Of a stretch of 33,276 nt of DNA, positions 17,757 through 26,455 are shown piece after piece. The position numbers and the translations under genes were made by a program. The stretch spans positions 1-33,276 of the forward strand of contig CAXXJS010000045.1 of NCBI GenBank assembly GCA_963662665.2, written 5' to 3'. This DNA is from Candidatus Latescibacterota bacterium. GTDB taxonomy: Bacteria > Latescibacterota > UBA2968 > GCA-2709665. The notes below the pieces were generated by a model. The model made no database searches, was not told where the DNA came from, and was given only the letters and a program-made list of their open reading frames with translations. Position 1 is the stretch's first letter. Each line of letters starts with the position of its first letter.

Positions 17757-18956
17757 TTGTCCACGCTGCGCATGGCCGTTGCAGGTGTCGGCGCCCAGGA
17801 AAGCTCACGCGCCAGAGGCTACCTGTCCACCATCCGGAAACTCGCGCATCTATACGACCTGTGCGCCGTCTGCGACGCCGGCGAAGACGCGCTGAACGCG
17901 GCGGGCGAGCTGTTTGACGTCCCGGCACGTTATTCATGTATCGAAGCGCTGCTCGAGGAACAGAAGCCGGACGTCTTTTTTGTCCTACTCCCTACGGACG
18001 GCCAGACGGTGGCCGCCCTTGCCGGCATCGACTACGGCTGCCATATCATCACCGAAATCCCCTATGCGCTCACCCTGGATATTGGGGACGCGATTGAGGG
18101 TGAGGCAAGCGCGAAGGGCCTGAAATGGGAAGTCGCTGAAAACGTCTGGCTCTGGCCCAACGAGCGGCTCAAACAAGAAATCGCGCTGTCCGGCGTCCTG
18201 GGCAAGCTCACCCACGCCCGTCTCCGGTATCCCGCGGGCAGTTACCACGGCCTGAACGCCGTCCGCATGATTCTGGGTAGCAATCCCCGGCGCGCGATGG
18301 GTTACGCGCAGGCCGTGGAGGTGCCGCCCTACAAGAACTACGGCGGGGGGGATGAAACAACCCGCTGGTGGGAAAGCGGCGTTATCGAATTCGAAAACGA
18401 CGTGGCGTGCATTTACGAAATGCCTTCTACCCCAGGCGCGAGTCACGGTATGAATTGGGACATAGAAGGCACAGGCGGCTACCTCTCCGGCGAAGAACTG
18501 ACGCTCTACGAATCCGGCGACCGGACCTATCCCATCCGCGAAATATACGAGGAAGTGGATGGAGAACGGGTCCTCGCAAGGGTTCAGGTGGATACGGACC
18601 CTCCCATCTACTGGGAAAATCCCTACAAACGTTACAGGATTTCCGGCCAGGACGACGTGGCCAAAGCCGCGATCATGGAAAGTCTTCACACAGCCGTCAC
18701 CCGTAACACATGTCCACAATACGGTGCGGCCGGCGGTCGGCTGGACTTTGAAACGTGGGTGGCGCTGCGCGAGAGCGCCGACACAGGGGGCGGGTGGGTT
18801 GACCTGCCGGTATCAGGCGCCACGAGCCTGGAAGAACGCATCCGCGCCGAATTCAATCGCTACTACGGCGGCGACCCCGTGGCCGACGCCCGAAGGCTTG
18901 TCAACGCACCCTTCGGCCGGCTGAGCGCCATGTGGACGATTGCGGGCTGGCTGTAA
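17757..18956 (+). CDS. Gfo/Idh/MocA family oxidoreductase (TTG start)
   Basis: N-terminal MAVAGVG Rossmann motif, LCAVCD, KPD.., an E.P motif (here EIP) and VAEN. Confidence 0.75.
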   Translation: MSTLRMAVAGVGAQESSRARGYLSTIRKLAHLYDLCAVCDAGEDALNAAGELFDVPARYSCIEALLEEQKPDVFFVLLPTDGQTVAALAGIDYGCHIITEIPYALTLDIGDAIEGEASAKGLKWEVAENVWLWPNERLKQEIALSGVLGKLTHARLRYPAGSYHGLNAVRMILGSNPRRAMGYAQAVEVPPYKNYGGGDETTRWWESGVIEFENDVACIYEMPSTPGASHGMNWDIEGTGGYLSGEELTLYESGDRTYPIREIYEEVDGERVLARVQVDTDPPIYWENPYKRYRISGQDDVAKAAIMESLHTAVTRNTCPQYGAAGGRLDFETWVALRESADTGGGWVDLPVSGATSLEERIRAEFNRYYGGDPVADARRLVNAPFGRLSAMWTIAGWL

Positions 18957-19051
18957 CGCAGCGATCAGCGACGCGGTCGGATATCCTGGAAATTCGACGT
19001 GCTGACGATCCCGCGTTCCGGAGTCGTTCGTCAATCGAAGGCGACAGTCTC

Positions 19052-19819
19052 ATGAATCGACCTGGCAGGCTGGGTCTCGTCACCGGCGCCGCCAGCGGTA
19101 TTGGTAAAGCCATTGCGGAACGGTTTACCGCCGAAGGCCTCCGCGTGATCGCCCTCGACCGTTCGGAAAGCGCCCTTCAGAAACTGGTCGAATGTAATTC
19201 CAACACGATCCCGTGCGTCTTCGACCTGAACAACCTGGAGTCCATCCCCGAACTGGTGGCGGGGCTCGCGAATGAGCACGGAACCATCGATGTCCTTGTC
19301 AACAATGCCGGCGCCTGGTGCTACGAACCCCTGGTGAACATCCCGCTTGACCGATGGGAGGAAATCTACCGGATCAATACCACCGCTCCGTTCATCCTTA
19401 CCCGTGAGGCCGCACCGGGAATGATCGAACGCGGCGACGGCGTGATTGTCAACATCGCCTCCCGCAACGCCATGGTGTCCAGCAAGGGCTCCGCCGCCTA
19501 CGACTCATCCAAAGCGGCGCTTGTCGCCCTCACCCGGACCGCTGCAGGAGAATTCGCACCGCACAACGTGCGCGTGAACGCCATATGCCCGGGCGTCATC
19601 AACACGCCGGCGAACGACGACCTGCTGGACGACAGGGAAACCCTGGACAACTACCTCAAGCTCATACCTCAGGGCCGGTACGGCGAACCCGGGGAAATTG
19701 CGGGCATTGCGCACTTTCTCACCACCCCGGACGCCCGGTTCATAACCGGACAGACCCTCGTTGCGGACGGCGGACAGATGGCCTTCTCGGACTGGAAGAA
19801 GCTTTTTGACAAGCAGTGA
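19052..19819 (+). CDS. Short-chain dehydrogenase/reductase
   Basis: TGAASGIG, DVLVNNAG, NIAS, YDSSK, VNAICPG and FITGQ..DGG. The ATG at 19052 is preferred over 18932. Confidence 0.9.
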   Translation: MNRPGRLGLVTGAASGIGKAIAERFTAEGLRVIALDRSESALQKLVECNSNTIPCVFDLNNLESIPELVAGLANEHGTIDVLVNNAGAWCYEPLVNIPLDRWEEIYRINTTAPFILTREAAPGMIERGDGVIVNIASRNAMVSSKGSAAYDSSKAALVALTRTAAGEFAPHNVRVNAICPGVINTPANDDLLDDRETLDNYLKLIPQGRYGEPGEIAGIAHFLTTPDARFITGQTLVADGGQMAFSDWKKLFDKQ

Positions 19820-19890
19820 GACGATCACTGTGACGGCAACTGTGGATACAACGGAGACGTAACGTCTTTCGACGTGGAGAGAGAACTGAT

Positions 19891-20658
19891 ATGAGCCAGC
19901 GGCAATTTACAGGGAAAGTCGCAATCGTGACCGGCGCCAGCAGCGGCATCGGCAGGGTCGTCGCGCTCGCCCTGGCGAACGAAGGCGCGTCTGTCGTGGC
20001 CACCTACAACAGCAACAAGGCGGGCGCGAGGGCGCTCGAAGAAGACGCCTCCACGTCGGCAAGCCGCATCGAAACGGTTCGCACGGACGTCTGCAGCGCG
20101 ATGGAGGTCCAGCACATGGTGGACCATACCCTCGAGATCTTTGGCGGACGGTTGGATGTACTTATAAATAACGCCGGCCAGTGGATGGACAAGGCGCCCA
20201 TTGCCCAGTGCCCGGACGAACTGTGGGACCGCATGATCAACGTCAACCTGAAGAGCGTTTTCCTATGCTGCCGCGCGGCCATTCCCGCCCTGCGTAAACA
20301 CGACGGCGGGGCCATTGTCAATATCTCGTCGGTGGCGGGCCATACCGGCGGCGGCGGCGGCACTCTGCCGTACGGCACGGCGAAGGGCGGGGTCAACACC
20401 TTCACCCGGGGCCTCGCGAAAGAGCTCGCGCCGGACGGTATCCGGGTCAACGCCCTCGCGCCCGGTGTTATCGACACCCCGATGCAGCACCGGCACTCCA
20501 CACCCGAACAGCTCGATTCGTTCGGGAGGGCCGCGCCTCTGAAACGCGTGGGCAGACCCGAGGAAATGGTCGGGGCCGTACTGCTCCTCGCCTCCGACCA
20601 GGGCAGCTTCATTACCGGTGAAATTATCGACGCCAACGGCGGGATCTTCATCCGCTGA
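19891..20658 (+). CDS. Short-chain dehydrogenase/reductase
   Basis: TGASSGIG, LINNAG, NISS, YGTAK, VNALAPG and FITGE..NGG. Confidence 0.9.
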   Translation: MSQRQFTGKVAIVTGASSGIGRVVALALANEGASVVATYNSNKAGARALEEDASTSASRIETVRTDVCSAMEVQHMVDHTLEIFGGRLDVLINNAGQWMDKAPIAQCPDELWDRMINVNLKSVFLCCRAAIPALRKHDGGAIVNISSVAGHTGGGGGTLPYGTAKGGVNTFTRGLAKELAPDGIRVNALAPGVIDTPMQHRHSTPEQLDSFGRAAPLKRVGRPEEMVGAVLLLASDQGSFITGEIIDANGGIFIR

Positions 20659-20784
20659 ACGTGAACGGCGTTCGCCACCGGTCTTCGATGCCGGAAGGCG
20701 GGTTTCAGGCTGGATCGAGACGCATTTCAATTCAACTGCGCCTTGAACCGGCCACAAATTCACCCGATCAGACAGGAGACCTCA

Positions 20785-21705
20785 ATGAGAATCGGCTGGA
20801 CATTGATTGTATCGCTGCTTCTTTTCGCCTGTGAAGCCGAAAAGAAGGAACTGGCAACCGAAAACGAGAGATCCAGTTACAGCCTGGGATTCACCATTGG
20901 TGAGGAAGTCGCGAAAGGGTTGGAAAAAACGCAGATAGCCCTCGACGCCGATGCATACGGAAAAGGCGTCAGGGAAGCGGCGGCGGGCGGGGGTACACTC
21001 TACACCCGCGATGAAATCGAGCAGACACTGGTGGCCTTTCGCCAGGAGAAAGACGTACCGGACAAACAGAAACTCAACTATGCTCTGGGTTACGCCGTGG
21101 GGAGGGATATCGTAAACGGCCTGCGCCAGAATGCCGGAATTGAAGTCGATCCCGATGCGTTCTCTCTCGGTATACAGGACCGCGTTTTAAAGACAGAAGC
21201 ACGGATGACCAAAGAGAAGATCGACGCGGCTATGGCATCATTAAAACAAAAAATGATCGAAAAACAACAGGCCCAGAGGAAGGCGCGAGGCGCAAGACCA
21301 AACATTGGAGAACTGGCAATGAAAAACAAAGAGGAAGGACGGCAGTTCCTGGCGAACAACCTAACGAACGAGGGCGTCGTGGAACAACCCAGCGGCCTGC
21401 AGTACAAGATGACCAGAGAGGGTTCCGGAAAGTCACCTTCGGCGACCGACAAGGTGACGGTACACTACCGCGGCACGCTCCTTGACGGCAACGAATTCGA
21501 CAGTTCCATCAAACGCGGAGAACCGGCTACGTTCCCGCTCAATCGGGTTATAAGGGGCTGGACGGAAGGATTGCAATTGATGAAGGAAGGCGCCAAATGC
21601 GTCTTTTACATACCGTCCCACCTCGCCTACGGCGACCGTGGAAATCCCAGCATCCCCCCCGGCGCGACCCTCATCTTCGAGGTTGAGTTACTGAAGGTCA
21701 ATTGA
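20785..21705 (+). CDS. FKBP-type peptidyl-prolyl isomerase (FkpA/Mip-like lipoprotein) with a duplicated N-terminal domain
   Basis: Lipobox LLLFAC after a hydrophobic signal; SGLQY, VTVHYRGTL, FDSS, VIRGWTEGL and IPPGATLIFEVELL. RBS AGGAG precedes ATG 20785. Confidence 0.88.
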   Translation: MRIGWTLIVSLLLFACEAEKKELATENERSSYSLGFTIGEEVAKGLEKTQIALDADAYGKGVREAAAGGGTLYTRDEIEQTLVAFRQEKDVPDKQKLNYALGYAVGRDIVNGLRQNAGIEVDPDAFSLGIQDRVLKTEARMTKEKIDAAMASLKQKMIEKQQAQRKARGARPNIGELAMKNKEEGRQFLANNLTNEGVVEQPSGLQYKMTREGSGKSPSATDKVTVHYRGTLLDGNEFDSSIKRGEPATFPLNRVIRGWTEGLQLMKEGAKCVFYIPSHLAYGDRGNPSIPPGATLIFEVELLKVN

Positions 21706-21816
21706 CGACGTGGCCTTGGTGCAGAAACGTCGAGGCATCGCCACCTGTCACGACGAGTAAAACACGAAGGCGTGGTGCTACAGAACAACCCGTTTGTTCT
21801 ATTTTCAATAAATCTG

Positions 21817-21845
21817 TTGTGAAAAGTCGGCTTTCTTGTTAGATT
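21817..21845 (+). promoter_or_regulatory. Putative rpsT promoter (extended -10)
   Basis: TTGTGA, 17-nt spacer, TAGATT preceded by TGn. Confidence 0.45.
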
Positions 21846-21915
21846 CTTGAACTTCGGTGTTTTCCGTAATTTGAAAAGCCCGCTCCGGTTTGCGGGAGCA
21901 ATAAGGAGGTACTCG

Positions 21916-22167
21916 TTGCCCACACTCAAATCGTCCTATAAGCGGCTCCGGCAGAACCGCCGAGCCCGACTGCGTAATAGAAGCGCACGTTCGGCTCTGA
22001 GAACCGTCCTCAAGAAGGCGACAAATACGAGTGACAGAGGGGAAATGGAATCATTGATGCCGCAGGCGGTATCGATTATAGACAGGAGTGTAAAAAAGGG
22101 TGTCCTGCATCGAAACACCGCTGCCCGTTATAAATCCGACCTGGCCCTACGTGCAAATACCCTGTAG
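21916..22167 (+). CDS. rpsT: 30S ribosomal protein S20 (TTG start)
   Basis: KSS.KRLRQ...RLRNRS.RS.LRT and ID....KG.LH.N.AAR.KS. A perfect AAGGAGGT RBS lies 5 nt before TTG 21916. Confidence 0.93.
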   Translation: MPTLKSSYKRLRQNRRARLRNRSARSALRTVLKKATNTSDRGEMESLMPQAVSIIDRSVKKGVLHRNTAARYKSDLALRANTL

Positions 22168-22184
22168 ACGATCCGTCCACCCCG

Positions 22185-22225
22185 AAAAACACGCCCGGTG
22201 TCAAAAATGACATCGGGCGTGTTTT
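22185..22225. terminator. Bidirectional intrinsic terminator between rpsT and cysK
   Basis: AAAAACACGCCCGGTGTCA, loop, TGACATCGGGCGTGTTTT. Confidence 0.75.
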
Positions 22226-22298
22226 CTTGTTTGTCGGCAGGTGGCGCCTGGTCCCGGAATTTTTCCACCATCTGACAATGTGTTCCGGGACAGAAATC

Positions 22299-23225
22299 TC
22301 ATGAAAAGAGAAACGAGTCCATGTAACGTTCGCCCGTATCTGGCAATACGACCGCCACCCGCTCCTGAGGCGACATGGCCGCGGCAATCGTTGTCGCCGC
22401 ATGTGCCGCCGCCCCTGAGGAAATGCCCGCCAGGATACCCTCTTCCCTCGCCAGTCGGCGTGCCATCCGACGGGCTTGTGAATTGGAAACCTGAACGACA
22501 CGGTCCAGGATATCCACATTGAGCACGTCCGGGATCATCCCGGCGCCCAGCCCGTCGATCTCCGTTGGCCCGGGTTGTTTGCCGGACAACACCGCTGAAT
22601 CCTCGGGCTCGACGCCGACAATGCAGGTCTCCGGAAACTTCGCCTTCAGGACCTCTCCAACGCCGGTAACCGTCCCTCCCGTCCCCACGCCCGCAACGAA
22701 GACGTCGGGCGCTCCCTCCATCTGCCGCAGGATCTCCCGCGCGGTCGTGCGGCGGTGAACATCCGGATTGGCCGGGTTTTCAAACTGTTGCGGAATATAA
22801 CTTTCCTCGCCGTCCTCCACCAGTTCCAGCGCCTTTTCGATGGTGCCCTGCATCCCGTCAAGGGCCGACGTCAATACGACCTCCGCGCCCAGCGCCCTGA
22901 GCAACTTACGACGCTCGTCGCTGACGCCTTCCGGCATGGTAATTGTCAGCCGGTACCCCTTCACGGCTGCCACCATTGCCAGGCCGATGCCCGTGTTCCC
23001 GCTGGTGGGCTCTATAATCCTCATTCCGGGCTTCAGGTCGCCGCGCGCTTCGGCCGCTTCGATCATGGCCAGCGCCGTACGGTCCTTTACGCTGCCGGCC
23101 GGATTGAACGCCTCCAGTTTGGCCCACACGACGGCCCCGTCCGGAACGGCCACCCTGTTCAGACGCACCATCGGCGTTGCACCGATGAGGTCCAGGATAT
23201 TCTCGCCCTTTCTGAGGGAGTCCAT
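22299..23225 (-). CDS. cysK: Cysteine synthase A (O-acetylserine sulfhydrylase)
   Basis: IGATPMVRL, PLP Lys in NPAGSVKDR, EPTSGNTGIG, QQFENPAN, GVGTGGT, GISSGA and PDTGERY. Confidence 0.9.
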   Translation of the reverse strand: MDSLRKGENILDLIGATPMVRLNRVAVPDGAVVWAKLEAFNPAGSVKDRTALAMIEAAEARGDLKPGMRIIEPTSGNTGIGLAMVAAVKGYRLTITMPEGVSDERRKLLRALGAEVVLTSALDGMQGTIEKALELVEDGEESYIPQQFENPANPDVHRRTTAREILRQMEGAPDVFVAGVGTGGTVTGVGEVLKAKFPETCIVGVEPEDSAVLSGKQPGPTEIDGLGAGMIPDVLNVDILDRVVQVSNSQARRMARRLAREEGILAGISSGAAAHAATTIAAAMSPQERVAVVLPDTGERYMDSFLFS

Positions 23226-23232
23226 GCAGCAT

Positions 23233-23384
23233 CAGTCCGTTGGAATAGTTGCTCTGTTGGCGAGGTATCGTGTCCCGTTCCGGAAATACGCCACCATCCT
23301 TCCGCCGATTCGGGGAGGGAGCGCAACGCAGTATCTCGTTTACAAGAGCCGGCCGCAGCCCGGATGAACTTTTACAACGGACTG
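23233..23384. mobile_element. MITE-like element, family B (152 bp)
   Basis: Termini CAGTCCGTTGGAATAG and CTTTTACAACGGACTG (10-bp perfect inverted core). It fills most of the rrf2-cysK gap and shares ends with 6029-6080. Confidence 0.6.
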
Positions 23385-23419
23385 GCAGGCCGCAGGGGCG
23401 GGATGGATCGGCTGAACGT

Positions 23420-23848
23420 CTATATCCTGAAGACGATTCGCCCGCTTTGGGTCCGGTAATTCGTACAAAGGTCGTCTAAGGTGACTGACGTGAGAACTTC
23501 CTCCACCGCCGCCTCCAACCGTTCATAGACTTCCCGCAAAACGTCCTGTGCCCCGTACTCGCTTTCGGACGGTTCTCCGGTGAGCCGGATCGGGCCCTCC
23601 AGGACCTCGAGAACCGCCCCAACTGTAATTTCCTCGGGCCGCCGGATCAGTTCGTGGCCGCCCCGGGGACCTCTGACGCTCCGCACCAGCCCGGCTTTGC
23701 GCAGCAGATTCAGCAATTGTACAAGATAGGATTCCGGAATATCCTGCCGGGACGCTATGTCCGCACTCTGTACAACTCCCTCGCCGTAATGCAGCGCCAG
23801 ATCAAATACGGCCCGCAATCCGTAATTTCCCTTCGAGGAGATTTGCAT
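23420..23848 (-). CDS. Rrf2 family transcriptional regulator, CymR-like (no Fe-S cysteine triad)
   Basis: MQISSKGNYGLRA, IA..Q.IP..YL.Q, LVRSVRGPRGG and LEG. It has a single Cys and ends in ..VFRI. Confidence 0.88.
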   Translation of the reverse strand: MQISSKGNYGLRAVFDLALHYGEGVVQSADIASRQDIPESYLVQLLNLLRKAGLVRSVRGPRGGHELIRRPEEITVGAVLEVLEGPIRLTGEPSESEYGAQDVLREVYERLEAAVEEVLTSVTLDDLCTNYRTQSGRIVFRI

Positions 23849-23906
23849 AGGAGGCCTCCCAACGGACAAACGGCTTTCACGTCACACCCGTTACGCGGTT
23901 TACGGC

Positions 23907-24191
23907 TCAACGTCGCCCTCCGGCGATGGCCGGAACAATCGTCACGCTGTCTCCGTCCCTCAGCGGCGTCTCCGTTCCCTCCAGAAAACGAACGTCCTCG
24001 TCGTTGACGTATACGTTTACGAACCGTCGCAAGCCGCCGGTTCCGGCGTCGACCAGATTCTCCTTGATACCCGGGTGCTTCGATTCCAGATCGTCGAGCA
24101 ACTCGCCCAGCGTTGCGCCGCTTGCTTCAACGTCTGCCCTGTCGCCCGTGAATTTTCGCAATGGCGTCGGAATCCGTACAGTCAAGCCCAT
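23907..24191 (-). CDS. Ubiquitin-like sulfur carrier (MoaD/ThiS/CysO family) with a GG-RR C-terminus
   Basis: VRIPTPLR, LRRFVNVYVNDEDVRF and V.IVPAIAGG followed by RR. RBS AGGAGG. Confidence 0.9.
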   Translation of the reverse strand: MGLTVRIPTPLRKFTGDRADVEASGATLGELLDDLESKHPGIKENLVDAGTGGLRRFVNVYVNDEDVRFLEGTETPLRDGDSVTIVPAIAGGRR

Positions 24192-24320
24192 TGTGTGAAC
24201 CTCCTGAATGATGATTGTATTGCGTTGCAGTCCTGCAATTTCGATGCGTCGTATGTTCGCGTAATTCCCAACGCGCGCCCGATACTCCTCCTGTATCCCC
24301 GAACACTTGCGACCCGATTT

Positions 24321-24794
24321 CTATTGGATTGCCGGATCGTAACCCTCCAGCGCCGTCTCCGCGAATGTCTTCAGGCTTTCGTCCCATCCGAACCCGGCCG
24401 CGCCCCGAACAGAGCCTCCGAACACGGAGACCACGATGTACTCCACATTCGGAAAGGCCGGCTCGTCGATGAACATGGCGGCTTGACGGTCTTCCTCGGA
24501 GAAATACGCGCCGCAGTCGATGTGCGAATGATAAAACGCCACCACGCTGCCGCCCGCACTTTCTGTTTCGGCAAAAATCCGGTGGACCTCCAGATCGTCC
24601 ATCCGGTATGCATTCCTGGAGGTGCGGGGGTGTTCCTCCGGATTCCGTGCGTGCAGCCGGTCCTGTATGTTCTCACACGGATGCACACGATGTGCGCCCT
24701 TCGCACCTTCAACGACGATCCCGCAGCATTCGGCCGGATAGTCCTTTCGTGCGTGTTCGTAAATCTGCCTCCAGACCGCCCGATCCAAATCCAC
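24321..24794 (-). CDS. mec: JAB/JAMM (M67) metalloprotease, Mec-like (likely start TTG at 24788)
   Basis: YP.ECCG catalytic Glu and YHSH...FSEED JAMM motif; lies between cysM and the sulfur carrier. Confidence 0.87.
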   Translation of the reverse strand: MDLDRAVWRQIYEHARKDYPAECCGIVVEGAKGAHRVHPCENIQDRLHARNPEEHPRTSRNAYRMDDLEVHRIFAETESAGGSVVAFYHSHIDCGAYFSEEDRQAAMFIDEPAFPNVEYIVVSVFGGSVRGAAGFGWDESLKTFAETALEGYDPAIQ

Positions 24795-24800
24795 CCTCCT

Positions 24801-24875
24801 CTAGTGTCCCGTCCCAAAAATACCTCACCATTCAACCGCCGATTCAGGCAACTTATTTCCGGGACAGAACACTGC
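24801..24875. mobile_element. Internally deleted MITE family A copy (75 bp) supplying the cysM stop codon
   Basis: CTAGTGTCCCGTCCCAAAAATA ... TATTTCCGGGACAGAACACTG; collinear with the reverse complement of 514-665 minus its interior. Confidence 0.7.
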
Positions 24876-25818
24876 CCGGCTCGTCGAGGCGCCACAAAGG
24901 CGTGCTCATATATTTCTCGCCGCTGTCCGGAAACAGGGTGACCACAACCCCTTCGCCCGCCTCCTCGGCCACGCTCAACGCCCCGGCGAAGGCCGCACCA
25001 CAGGACTGCCCGGCAGGTATGCCGAGCTCACGCGTCAGTCGCCTGGCGGCCTCGTAGGCGGCTTCGGTCTCCACGCGGATCTTCCGGTCCCATACTGAAG
25101 GGTCGTAAATCCCCGGAACGATGGATACGTCCATATTCTTGAGTCCTTCGATTCCGTGAAACTCGTGCGGTTCCACGGCCACGATTTGTATATCGGGGTT
25201 GTATTCCTTCAGCCGCCGGCCGGTACCGATCAACGTGCCGCTGGTACCAAGCGTCGCCACGAAATGGGTCACGCGCCCTCGCGTCTGCCGCCAGATCTCC
25301 GGCGCGGTCTGAAGGTAGTGCGCCCTGGGATTCGAAGGGTTATTGTACTGGTCCGGCTTGTAGTACCGCTCCGGATTGGCCGCCAGAATCTCCCTGCATT
25401 TGAGAATGGCGCCATCGGATCCCTCCAGCGGATCGCTCAGCACAAGGCTGGCGCCATAGGCCTGTATCACGTGCCGGCGTTCCACGCTGACGCTGCCCGG
25501 CATCACCAGTTCCACCCGATACCCCAGCGCCGCACCGATCATCGCGTAGGCGATACCCGTATTGCCGGACGTGGAATCGATAATCACCCTGTCTGGCGTC
25601 AATTCCCCGGATACAATGGCATCACGGATCATCTGCAACGCCGGCCGGTCCTTTACCGATCCGCCCGGGTTGAACATCTCCATTTTGGCGTAGATCTCAA
25701 CGCCGTCCAGGTGATCCGCAAACTTGCGTACGCGCAACAGCGGCGTCCTGCCGATGGCTTCGACAACCGTCGGCTGAATTCCGGAACCGGCGTCCGTACT
25801 CCGAACCTGATGCCCCAA
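24853..25818 (-). CDS. cysM: Cysteine synthase B/CysM-type PLP enzyme (probable start TTG at 25818)
   Basis: IGRTPL, NPGGSVKDRPA, STSGNTGIA, DQYNNPSN, LGTSGTL, IEGLKNM and PDSGEKY. AAGGGA precedes the TTG. Confidence 0.85.
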   Translation of the reverse strand: MGHQVRSTDAGSGIQPTVVEAIGRTPLLRVRKFADHLDGVEIYAKMEMFNPGGSVKDRPALQMIRDAIVSGELTPDRVIIDSTSGNTGIAYAMIGAALGYRVELVMPGSVSVERRHVIQAYGASLVLSDPLEGSDGAILKCREILAANPERYYKPDQYNNPSNPRAHYLQTAPEIWRQTRGRVTHFVATLGTSGTLIGTGRRLKEYNPDIQIVAVEPHEFHGIEGLKNMDVSIVPGIYDPSVWDRKIRVETEAAYEAARRLTRELGIPAGQSCGAAFAGALSVAEEAGEGVVVTLFPDSGEKYMSTPLWRLDEPGSVLSRK

Positions 25819-25917
25819 GGGAAATCCCTTCGCAGCATGCGGGCGGGGAGGGTCTGCACTCCCACCCACGCGTCCTTGAAGCCGACCGACGCCGCTACAT
25901 TGAGGGCGCAATTTCGA

Positions 25918-26300
25918 CTACGCGATCAACTTCAACATATCTCGATGGATGTTGCGCCAATCATGAGCAAGATCGATGCTCCGAGCGCGAATTGCAAAAC
26001 CCTCCAAACAGACATCCACCGCCACCGGATGGCCAACTGTCGGGTAAAGTAGAATTCCTTCGTGTCTCGGGCCTGGCATTTCGGCCACTTCGCGATTTCG
26101 GAGATAGGCCAGCAGTTGGTAGAGATTCTGAGAATGGAGTTTTCCGCCGTAGCGACCGCCAAACGCCTCACGGTAGTACTTCGCATCAATGATGATTCGT
26201 CGATCCGGCGCATCCAGGATGACATCGGCTTCCATTCGCGGGAGCCTTAAGCGATGGTGATCCGGCGTACCTTCGTCGGCCCACGCGATGGCACGCCGCC
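25918..26300 (-). pseudogene. mcrC: C-terminal fragment of an McrC-family (5mC restriction) PD-(D/E)XK nuclease
   Basis: P.M.AD...IIIDAKYY, NLYQLLAYL and GILLYP. Only about 125 aa remain, and there is no mcrB in the window. Confidence 0.7.
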
Positions 26301-26407
26301 GTCTGCGTGACGTTCCAGCCATCTTCTACCATGCTCTCTCGGATCAGTTCGCCAAGGTGCGGAGGGTTCAGCATGGGGCCGACGCGATTGCTTCCAATGT
26401 CGCCCAT
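26293..26407 (-). pseudogene. Truncated HigA-type antitoxin (N-terminal ~38 aa) abutting the mcrC fragment
   Basis: MLNPPHLGELIRESM...WNVTQTAA is a typical HigA start, but the HTH breaks off into mcrC sequence. Confidence 0.6.
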
Positions 26408-26455
26408 GGTCAACTCTTCTTTCCGGTCAGTCGCAGGCAATTGGCCATCACATTC

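Noticed and set aside
22281-22294. TTCCGGGACAGAA as a fourth MITE A end
   Set aside because: The match is only about 13 nt with no partner end or internal similarity, which is not enough to call.
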